Below are positions 27,256-38,074 of a stretch of DNA of 64,000 nt, in pieces. A model generated the notes under the pieces. The model saw only the letters and a program-made list of their open reading frames with translations, did no database searches and was not told the origin of the DNA. This stretch comes from Eledone cirrhosa (taxonomy: Eukaryota): positions 383,532,001-383,596,000 of the forward strand of contig OZ024740.1 in NCBI GenBank assembly GCA_964016885.1, written 5' to 3'. The translations under genes and the position numbers were made by a program. Each line of letters starts with the position of its first letter. The first letter of the stretch is position 1.

Positions 27256-27880
27256 GTCGGGTCACTCTTGGGTGCTACTGGTAACATGTAACCCAGTACA
27301 ACCTGTCGCATGGTCGGCGAATAAACGGGCAATTCCACCAAGTTTACTTGGTGAGGGGGATGATTTTTGACAACCTGTAGGACAAAGAACAAAACCTGGC
27401 AAAGGGCGGAAGAACTAATAAGAGTCAACGGCCATCAAAAATTGTTTAAATATGTATATACACATATGCATATGTATGTATATGTATATGTGTATATACA
27501 TGGGTGCATGTGTATGTATATCCGCGGGGACATAGAAATAGTCGGGCTGGACACCTGATAGCGTGGTTAAACCACTGGGAGTGAAGGATCCCTAGCCTTT
27601 GTCAGAGCATTCTTCCACGAGAATGCAACTGAGGAAACTGGGATAACTCCGATATAAAACCTGCGGCTCAGTAGTAAACGATGATGTTGATCTTTTCTTC
27701 TTTTCGGGTTATAGCTACTGTCGCTCAGAGAGTGGGATTGGCTCAGTGCACAGTCTTTCCTCACTTTAAAAAAATCTTCACGCACAGGCATTGCACGACA
27801 GAATTAATTAATAATTATTAATAATGGTACATCCTGCAATGGCCATACTCAATAACGAGGGGACAGCTATCATCATCATG
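27256..27880 (+). mobile_element. Bipartite non-autonomous RTE-derived element
   Basis: Collinear with 22530-23143. Confidence 0.72.
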
Positions 27881-27904
27881 TATATGTGTGCATATGTGTG
27901 TATT

Positions 27905-28258
27905 TGCGCGGAGACATAGAAATAATCGGGCTGGATATCCGATCGCGCGGTTAAACCACTGGGAGTGAAGGGCCCTTAGACTTTGTCAGGGCATTCTTCG
28001 AGGAAAAGGCAACCGAGGAAACTGGGATAACTCCGACCTAAGACCTGCGACTCTGTACTTACCGATGATGTTGATCTTTTCTGCTTTTCGGGTTATAGCT
28101 ACTGTCGCTTAGAGTGGGATTTGCTCTGTGCACAGTCTTGCCTCACTTTAAAAAACAAATTTCAAGCACAGGCATTACACGATTGAATTGATTAATAATT
28201 ACTAATATTGTTATATTGTGCAATGGCCATACTCGATCATAAGGGCGCAACCATCATG
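27905..28258 (+). mobile_element. 5'-truncated tandem copy of the bipartite RTE-derived element
   Basis: Repeats the 3' 350 bp of the preceding unit; followed by (TATG)n. Confidence 0.72.
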
Positions 28259-28316
28259 TATGTATGCATGTATGTATGTATTTGTATATATGTATGTATA
28301 TATGTATGTATGTATG

Positions 28317-29698
28317 TTCTTCTGGTTTTATAATTTCACAAATGTTTGCCAATTGAGAGATACAAGACTCGCTCTTTGGAATTTACACATCAACTAGGTA
28401 GATATGTATGCATGTCTGCATGCATGTATATGTGTGCAGGTATGGGTGCTATTGTATGTGTGGATGTGGATGATTTGAGTGATATGTGTGAATGTGCATA
28501 TGCTTTGTATCTGTACATGTGTACATGGAGTTATCAGATGCAGAATTTTTGGAAAAGTTTATATATGTTTACTTCCATTAAAATATTGTACTTGTAATTT
28601 CTAAACTAGTCGTATTATTTCTATTTCTGTGAAGCCAGCTTCTCAAGATTTGTATTGAGGCAGTTACTAACATATCCGAGTGCCCCAATAATCACAGGTA
28701 TAAATCTGAAGGTATAGTCAGAGTGGAGTATCTGTAGATTTCTCATTAGTTCTGCATAGAAATTCTCCTTTTCGCTAATCTTTGATATTATATTGGCATC
28801 TACTGGGCAGCTAACTTCCACTACTTTGCATGCCTTCTTTCCCCTGTCCGATATCATTATATCTGGTCTGTTATGCCTGCACTTTATTGATGTTTTTACT
28901 GGAAAATTCCACCAGTAGTCTTTCATATTATGTATATATATATATGTCTCCCACATTGCTGTAGCTCTTAATGTGTTTGTCATCGGGGTTATCTTTTCTA
29001 GGCATTGTATTGTACAGTGTTTTGGCCACTACATAATGTAGATAGTACCGCGACGACATCGTTGGATAGCTACTTATGACATGGGGGACATCTTCTACGT
29101 TAATTCTGCAGAGTCCGCACATGTTGTCACATCTAGGTGTTTTGTTGGCATCCCTATCTCTTTTGTGAAACAGGTATTTTCTGTTGATTCCCTGTGCTTG
29201 GATTGTAAAAGCGTATCCTTCAAAGTGGGATCCAATATAACGGTTATTGGCCCAAGATAGACTACTTTGTTTATCTATATTACTCTCACTCTGGAGTTTC
29301 CTGGCAACATATCCAAGCATGATTTTTTGCTGATAAGCATGCAGTTTTTCAATCATGGACTCTCAGCGGTACTGCTGAGCAATTTCACTGGTTGTGTGTT
29401 TTTCATTATGACGCAGGGAATATCTTTCAAGGAGCTCCTTACCAACTCTCATGATCTTATCTGTCTCATGTCGATAGACTTGCTCGATAGATGGGCTCCT
29501 ACGCTTCGAGGTTCGTAAATGTTGTCGGAGGGATATGATGGAACACTCAAATGCTGTCTGGACTGATGTTAGCCCTCTGCCTCCCTGCTTACGTTTCAAG
29601 TAGAGGAGGTCTATGTCACTGTTGATATGGAGGTTTCCGGTACTGTTTCGTATTTTTCGAGTTCTAACATCAATTGCTCGGATTTCGTCTATCGTCCA
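28317..29698 (-). mobile_element. R4/Dong family A copy 3, 5'-truncated
   Basis: HNRPDIMISDRGKKACKVVEVSCPVDAN, CGLCRINVEDVPHVISS, KQGGRGLTSV; same 3' end (TTCTTCTGG) next to (TATG)n. Confidence 0.9.
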
Positions 29699-29739
29699 TG
29701 TGTTGTTGTTTTTTTGTTTTTTTTTCGTGGAGCAAGAAA

Positions 29740-30284
29740 CTCCTAGTCTTCATTAAAACATTTCTCTAGGAGAAAGTTACTCTGATATAAAATCTATGAT
29801 TTCGTTTGCATCCAATGATATAGACCAATTCTTCTTTTGTGGCAAATGCATTCGATGTTGAAAGAGTGGGATTGGCTCTGTACAAAGCCTTTCCTCACTT
29901 AAAAAAGCTTCAAGCGCAGGCATTACTTGATATGTGACCTTTCTTGCGATGAGTGGTATTGCCAGCCATAGGCGGAGGTACTCAACAGACTCAACGGCCA
30001 TCCAAATAGTACTATTATTTTCAACTGGGAGTGAAAAGGCCCCAGATGTTGTCACAGCACCTTTCTAAGAGAGGGAAACTCTGAATAAAAACACCTGCGG
30101 GTTCGGAAGCATCCGATGATGTTGACCAGTTCTCTTTAAGTGTAGTGCTTTCGATGGCTCAGAGAGTGGGATTGATTGAGTACAAGGCCCTTCCCCACTT
30201 AAAAAACCTTCAAAGCACAGGTATTGCTTGTTCATCATCTGTACAAGCGATTGCAATGGTCTTAGCAGAGTCTGCACCCATCAT
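29740..30284 (+). mobile_element. Two diverged RTE-derived non-autonomous fragments
   Basis: GAGAGTGGGATTG...CTTCAAGCGCAGGC motif twice; ends CACCCATCAT(GTAT)n. Confidence 0.6.
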
Positions 30285-30480
30285 GTATGTATGTACGTAT
30301 GTCTGTATATATGTATGTTCTACTGGTTTTATAATTTCACAATTTTTGTTATGTATGTATGTACGTATGTAAGTATGTATGTACGTATGTTTGTATGTAT
30401 GTATGTATGTACGTATGTATATGCACAGCTACGCATGCGTGTGCATGCTTGTGTGTGAATTTGATTGTTTTACTTCTATA

Positions 30481-31183
30481 CGAGAGTGGGCTGAAACGTC
30501 GTGCCAGGACTGTGAAATCGTGCATACATTAATGTCAACTCTTCGTATGAATAACTGCAATGTTTCATTTTATATCAAGTGATATATCTGACTGTCTAAA
30601 GAAAACTTCAAATGTAACAAGTATCGACTTCTCTTGAAATTGTACGAAAGTTCGCATCCTAGTGTTATCAGATACGTAGCGAAAAATGGTTTACCCCCAA
30701 GGAGATTCATCCTGACATAGTTGTTACATTAGAGGATGATGCTCCAGCTATATCAACAGTGAAAAGGTGGGCAACTAATTTTAGGATGGGAAGAGAGGTT
30801 CTTGAAGATGACGAAAGGTCTGGACGTCCTGTACTTGCCACCAACTAGGAAAACATTAATCATGATTCACCACATGGTGGTGGTTGACAAGCGATTCACC
30901 ACAAATGAAATAACCAATGAGAGAGTTGAGAAAATGAGCACTATAAACTCGGCATAACAAAGGTTTCAGGCCGGTGGATGCCTACGTTTTCTGACCAGGT
31001 TGATCACATCAAGGGAAAATCTGACATTGTTTGACGCAGACCAACTGGGTGAATTATTCTTCCCCTATGGGATACAAACACTGTAGAGCCGATAGAAAAA
31101 GGCTGTGTTGAAAAATATACCTCATTAGATCACATTCCATTGAAGTGTCTTAGTCAGTCTAAGATTTTTACAGCCTTCACTCC
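30481..31183 (+). mobile_element. Internally deleted mariner element
   Basis: KEIHPDIVVTLEDDAPAISTVKRWATNFRMGREVLEDDERSGRP (mariner HTH); imperfect TIRs CGAGAGTGGGCTGAAA / CAGCCTTCACTCC with flanking TA. Confidence 0.8.
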
Positions 31184-31199
31184 TAGATACATATAGGAT

Positions 31200-31470
31200 T
31201 ATGTCTACACGTGAGCATATATGCATTTTACATGCTGAACATCTGTAATAATTTGTTTGCATTCAGTGTTCCACTTATAATTTTCATTGTAACATTGGTT
31301 GTGTATTTTTCCGTTTCATTTATAACCAAAATTGCTGCTGAGATAGCTACTTATATAACCAGGTATCACAATAATCACAGGTATTAATCTAAAGTCAATG
31401 CTCAGGTTTAGTATCTGTAGATTTCTCATTTGTTAGACATAGATATTTTCTTTTCGATTTATATCTGAAT
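31200..31470 (-). mobile_element. Old R4/Dong RLE 3' relic
   Basis: KENIYV*QMRNLQILN...LIPVIIVIPGYIS matches the Dong family A C-terminus. Confidence 0.6.
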
Positions 31471-31479
31471 ACAAGCACC

Positions 31480-31750
31480 CGAAATGGTGCTCCTCTGAAC
31501 GGATTTGGAGTAACGTTACTGTATAGGCTGCGTAGCTCTGCGATGTGAAAGTCGCTCCATATAAATTCGCTCTAGGTAGAGCCGCTACTTCACCCAATCG
31601 AGAGATTACAGCTCTGAAAATATGGACATGTAGTTAGAATGTGTAAGGAAATAATTATTGGGCAGTTGTTATAGGCAAAGCCAAGTGGCAGGAGACCCAG
31701 AGTTAGAGTACGAATATAATGACTGGAGAACATCCATGAGCTCACTTAGT
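31480..31750 (+). mobile_element. Possible RTE 5'/APE-start relic
   Basis: LKIWTCS*NV resembles the APE start motif L(R/K)IGTWNV; degenerate. Confidence 0.3.
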
Positions 31751-34700
31751 TTCTCTAGGGTATCGAGCCGGTTGAAATGGAGAGGGTTGCTTCTGATTGG
31801 ACCCTTTTAAAAGTGTGTCTGAGGACGCCTCCAGGAGTACGAAGACGAAGTAGAAGAGATTTATATTTGACCTTATGGAAAACTTGATTTTCTCTTCTCG
31901 TCATATTTGTTTGTCTCAGTCACAGATGATTATGTCTCATATGCTTACATTTTACGAAGTTTTTAACAGGAACATTCCTTGTATTTCTAAATGTTATATA
32001 CATTTGCCCTGAATGGTACTGTAGCAGGAGTAGGTATTCAACGAATTGTATGAACTGCTCAATACGCCATGAATATGATTGCGAATCGAAGGTTCTCTCC
32101 ACACATCCATACCCCCGTTAATATACACCGATATAATCCATTGACCCATTTAGAATTTTAAGAGATGCTGTAGAAAGGGTTGGTGTTTCGAGGTTTCGTT
32201 GGTAATTAGCAGATAATATAGAATGGATATAATACAACATTCAATGGTTGCCTTGAGGTGGAAATTTCTGCTAATATTTAGTAGATTTGGGGTATTAACG
32301 TATTTAGTCTAGATCGTTTTCACCTCCCAAATGAGTGTACTAAATGTTATGGGTACTGATACAATGAACACATTTTGGACTATTGATTTTGTGTATGCTG
32401 AGAGCTTTGAGTACCACATAATCCCATCCGGATGCAATATTCCCTGCATACAATTTTCGTATTACAATTTTCACTATATATATTTTCATTCACTACCAAA
32501 TAGTTTGGATATTGATTTATATGCTGCTTGACTGTTTCTAGTTTTTATTAGTTTTACAATTAAACAGGAACATTTCTCTTGACCACACTCTGTTACTATA
32601 TTCGATGATGATCTCAAAACTAAGTGAAACCTATTTTTCATATCATTCATATATTAGGAGTGTACTTTAATGTGTTTCACAAAAACGCTACGTATCAGGA
32701 TGGGCATTTCTGTCTTAATATGAGCCAATCAAACACTCTTCATGTTCCCCGAACAAAATGTATAAGGTGTCCATTGCAAATAATAACAGCACCACGGAAG
32801 GCCAATCTCCCTGAATGTTTCAATTTTATAATAAATGATTTAATGTTTGTATATATATCAGCAGAAATGTTTTATCACTACTATAGTACATTGTTTGTTG
32901 TACTATTATTTATCATTTCGTCTTGGCTTTCGCCTAACTTCGTTATTGTAATTTTTAAAAACTTTATTCTCTTTATTTTCAAACTTCATCACATAAATAA
33001 TGTCCTTGAATTTATTTTTATTTTTGAAATCCGTGTGAATTCCTTACGAAGTTGTAAATACTATATATCTTCTTTCTATTAAAATGATTCTATGTTCTAT
33101 ATATACTTTTTTGTATGGCTGTGGTGTGATATGATGTTTTCTGTCGACTGCTTTCTCTGTTCTGTAAATGATTACTTGTGAGAATACATTCTATTCCGTG
33201 TGTTAAAGTGAATTTAGACAGTGTACGTGACACGAAATCGTTCCTTTCTTCACCTTAAACTTAAATATTACTATTTCTTCAACTGCCTCCAAACTGTCAA
33301 AATTAAATCAATCCAGAAAAATCGAAACGCATTGAAGAGGAAACGTCTCAATTATTGGACTTATTGGACAATCAGCACAAAACATGACACTCCGCTCAAT
33401 GCTCTTCATGATTCGATCAAGACAAACAATCAAATGATGTTACCATAGAAATCTATTCAAAAACTGAGGATGCTAAAGATACATAAATAAAACAACGTTT
33501 TGGTATTACATGAATCGATCGATGAACTCTGGCTTTTGTTCAACACGTGTCCTTCTGTTTTGTTAGGCGATAACCCACATTCTGCATCTAGGGTCGTCGA
33601 TCTGCACGACTCGCTTCATTAGCCTACGCTACGCTGACACGCCATTCAAGCTCTTTCCGTAATAAATGACTAAATGTTTGTTTTTTGGGATTCGTGAAAT
33701 TGCGAAAAACCAGGATCCTCAAAACGAACTTTTTAATCTAAGTTTGGCGTAAACGTGAACAGTTATTTCTTTTTTCCAAATTTGGTGTGAAAAAGCATTT
33801 GGGTGTTTCGACTACGATATGAATTTGGATAGAGAACAGCTTTGTGCTACGAATCAACATAGGTAAGGGCAACCTGGTATATATGATTATGTATCTAGTC
33901 AGCTGAGATAAGGAATCGCAGCCGATTCTCAATTACGATCACCACACTTGTCCCATTACCAATTTCAATAATATCCTCCCGAGCTCATCATGCAGCTGGC
34001 GATAACAAAGTACGGCAAGACTTCAGTGAAATTTAAGAAGAAATAAAATACTTTACATGTGTCTTCACATGTGTTTAAAAACTCTTGCGTTTCTCATTTT
34101 GCTTAGTTTTCTAAAGTTGCAGTTAGAATATTCGTTGAAGTTAGAATATTCTATTTTTTCTTTTTCAATATTTCCCCAATTAATCCTACATAGTGTTTCA
34201 GAGTTATTATTTCTGTTATTTATTAAGTTTATTTAACACAATAAATTATTTATTTTCTATTGTAGTTATGGTGGAATAACCCATTACGTTTGTATGCGTA
34301 TCTTGTATCAAGTTCCTTAGAATTAACAGTCAATTTAGATGAGATGTTTTACACTTTGTTTAACTAAAGCTAGCTTTGACTGCTTTCAAATTGAATAATT
34401 ATTAAACCTGGAGATGAATTAGGAATCGCGAGTCAATGAAAGTGAAAACAATGTTTCATTATTGGTTTTGACATTTAGAGAGAAGCCGGGTTAAATCACT
34501 TTGAAAGCTAACGCTTTACTCAGCTGAGGATATACTTTAGCATGATCGCGATTAGGAAAGCTAGCAACACAGACAAATACGTATACATCATACATGATTA
34601 ATGAGCACGAAGTTTTATTCCTAGAATAAGCTTGCAAATATCAATGACACTATTTATTGTGAGACAATGTCCTTTCTGAAAATGTAATTCCTGTTCCAAA

Positions 34701-34915
34701 GTACTGTAGATTTGAACAGCGAGCGGTTATAAGAAGAGAAGGTCACAAATGGAAGATGATTCATGCAATATTGAAAGATTGAACTTTTCACTGACATATT
34801 CGCTCGCACATTCATATACATAGTCTCAAATCCAATCGCAAAAGCATGCATGCCTCAACACACACACGCGCACACGCAAATATATACAAATACATAATTA
34901 TAATTCATATATACG

Positions 34916-35042
<127 letters not shown>

Positions 35043-35254
35043 TTAAATGCATATGTATATATATATTTATATATGTGTAAACCCTGTAAATAATCTTAAT
35101 ACTTTATAAAATGCTCGGGCTAACCCAATTGCATTTAGCCGGATATTGGTCATCTTAATGGTAATTGCCTTGTATCTAGCATAGTACTTCAATGCCCTGT
35201 TTCCATACCTAAAAGTACATAGAATGCTTCATCCAACGCATAAAGTACTCTCGC

Positions 35255-35400
35255 TACGATCAATGAGACAGGATAAGGGTGTATATAGGTGTCAGAGCCA
35301 CATGGACGAAGATTGTAGAAAACCATGCAAATGGGACATGACCCATGTAAAGGGGGACTATTAATATGTAGTCAAACATCCAATACACGATGCATAAATA
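35255..35400 (+). mobile_element. PLE RT-thumb fragment related to PLE families A/B
   Basis: Q*DRIRVYIGVRA...TWTKIVENHANGT*PM matches QRDRIRVYKGARTKWEKMVNNDINGTCPL. Confidence 0.65.
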
Positions 35401-35457
35401 CAAAGAAATATGGAAAGCTCTGACCTTATAAAGGAGATATGTCAGTTGAAACTTTAT

Positions 35458-35550
<93 letters not shown>

Positions 35551-35552
<2 letters not shown>

Positions 35553-35718
35553 AAAAAGTATGACCCCGTTTCGACATTTCGTCCAGAAATAGCCGTCGAA
35601 ACGGCTTGAGCTCTGCCGTCGGGGTCATACTTTTTCCTATTACCCTCTCTACTACCCTAAGTATTGAGTACTCTGGTGCGTTATGGTCCACCTGGTTACT
35701 TACCACAATTCCTTCGTC
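35551..35718. mobile_element. 168-bp fold-back mini-insertion of family C termini in (TA)n
   Basis: GGAAAAAGTATGACCCC...GGGGTCATACTTTTTCC inverted repeat; same sequence as the ends of 41722-43359; TA arrays on both sides. Confidence 0.75.
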
Positions 35719-35989
35719 ATATATATATATATATATATAGGGCGGTGCCCCAGCATGGCCTCAGCCGGATGGCTGAAACAGGTAAAAGAGTAAAAGAGTA
35801 TAGGAACTTTTAGGTGTGGAACAGTGTACTGAAGTACTATGCTAGAAACAAGGCAATTACCATTAACGTGACAAACATCTGGCTAACTGCAATTGGGTTA
35901 GCCCGAGTATTTTATAAAGTATTAAGATTATTTACAGGGTTTACACATCAACACGGTTAAGTGTTACTTCTACTCCACCATGCAGTTGT

Positions 35990-36220
35990 TTTGGCAACTC
36001 TAGCAAGTTATGTATGAGATTTAAAGAATTCTAACATCATTTACTCCTTCTCCTGGCCTGTTTTGAAAACAACAAAAACCTATGAGCCAGGTAACCTAAA
36101 ATGTAATTTGTGTTTATCTGAGTATCTGTCAATAATAGAGTCTAATCTAAATTTATTGAATAGGAAATCGGGAATATTTTCAACGTCCACACAAAGAAAT
36201 TCCTATTCACTCGACATTAG
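35990..36220 (+). mobile_element. Hydra-type PLE GIY-YIG C-terminal fragment
   Basis: TLASYV*DLKNSNIIYSFSWPVLKTTKTYEPGNLKCNLCLSEYLSIIESNLNLLNRKS. Confidence 0.7.
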
Positions 36221-38074
36221 TCTCAGCTGAAACTGAAATGCTCGAAACGTTATATTCTTTAGCCCTAATGATAAATCAACTCAGTGAACACTCCGACGAA
36301 CCCACTCTTTTATTGAGATAATATCTCGACAATATTTATTTTTATAGGTAAATCTAAATAATGATTTCAAGCATATTTATTTTAACTCATCGTTAAATGT
36401 TTATTTTAAACTTACAGATTCATAGATTTAAGCTGTCATGTATTCTAGCATTATTCGTGATTTTAGAAGGAAAACGAAGGAGAAAACTTTCCCGGAGAAC
36501 GTCGATTCATATACAGGATTATACCACATGGTATATAACTGAAATAATATGTTAGAAAATTCAAAAGTGAACAATGCTTGAATTTGATGAAGATAAGTAA
36601 GGTGTCTCACACAAACTTCAGAAAGTGCAAAGGATTTCATTAGTAAATTCATATGAGACTCATTTTAGTATTATCATATTTAATAATATTATCAAAGACT
36701 TTAATATCAGAAATATTTTTACAAAGTTTGAACTGCATAATTCCTCTGGTAAGATGCTGGAATGACACTTGAATTGATATACTAACACCTGCCAATATCA
36801 TGGAGGTACTTAAAATCAAATATCATAACACAAGATGAAATTCCATTATTCTTTTACAACCAAGAAACTTAGATGTAATCGAGTGAGAGAATGTTCTCTG
36901 CTGAAAAAGAGGATGCTTAGAACAGTGAGATAAATGATAACTTTCGACCGGGTAAATAAGCGGAACTAAAAGCAACGTAAAACCCCTTATTTTCCTGCAG
37001 CAACTTGCATTTTCACAGAGGCCTTGAACGGAAGCCCCCTCACTTCATCTGATAACGAATTTTCATATGCAATTTAAAATGATAAAATTGACAAGCATTT
37101 TCAACACTTATACCCTCATTTCCATACAGTTTATCTTCCTCATATATTTTTCCTCATATATGTCTCCTCTCTCATTTTGCATCTATGTTGTTTATGTTTT
37201 GATTCATGTGATTGAAGAAGATATTAACTAATTATTTGACTAATTACTACGTTTCGTACTGTAATTTACCCTCCGTTCCACTGTACTGTACTGTTCAATA
37301 TATGGATAATATATCTGTAATATTGATCCCCCTTTAAAAACTTCTGACTATAATTTAAACATCTCCCTATTTATTATTCATTATATATATACATATTTTT
37401 TTTATTTACTTCAATCAAGATTTTAACTTGTAATTTTTAATTTCTAATTTTCAATCATAAATTCCACTTGAAACCATAATATCTAAAATTAAGTTTATAT
37501 TCTCTTAGCTGGTGATGGTCAATTCTACTGTCCAAGCATACTTTAGGGTTAGTATCGAGGCCTATTGAAACTCATACTCTGCCACCACCACTAGATTTCG
37601 GTCAACTCCCACTCACAGGGCACATAGCAGTAAACTATAATCGTGCCATATTACATACCTGGATGGGGGTGATTGTTTCGTTGGGGTGTGGGAGGACCTG
37701 CCTAGGCGAGTTTCGTTGAGTATTGGGATAGTGGATGGTCAACTTCCTTCGGACTTGCGCCTCCCCAAAACGGTGGGGGTGAATTGGGACTCACAGGGGA
37801 ACGGGCGAAGGATACAAGCACATCCGCTTTGTCCGTTCACTTGTTGATTCAATTTGGATTGCCTCGGGAACATAACCTTATTATGTAAGAAGCTGTCTGA
37901 TGATGTCACGTCACTGAGTACACGGAATCGTGTAGCCACTGTCGTCATTTAAATATGTTTCACATCATTATCATTAACTGCTTCGCATTTTCTTATTTTG
38001 TCCTTAATTGTAAGTTGTTTGTTCTATGTGTGTGTGTGTTTTCATTTTGTCCTGTGTGTGTTTTCATTTTGTCC

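Larger units (their letters stand above)
35073..35948. repeat. ~145-bp inverted repeat pair (35073-35220 / 35805-35948), probable PLE termini
   Basis: TGTGTAAACCCTGTAAATAATCTTAATACTTTATAAAAT... is the reverse complement of ...ATTTTATAAAGTATTAAGATTATTTACAGGGTTTACACA; the left arm abuts (TA)n. Confidence 0.8.

Noticed and set aside
31900-33200. Possible old LINE relic or host ORF (32624-33082)
   Set aside because: No diagnostic motif could be read; the ORF composition fits AT-rich non-coding or antisense sequence.
37543-37552. TTAGGGTTAG (CTAACCCTAA on minus) as a telomerase RNA template
   Set aside because: Downstream on the minus strand is AT-rich low-complexity sequence with no visible pseudoknot or H/ACA domain; a 10-mer can occur by chance.
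37534-37560. AAGCATACTTTAGGG resembling the U3 snoRNA 5' end
   Set aside because: Box A is poor and boxes C', B, C and D are not at the expected spacing.
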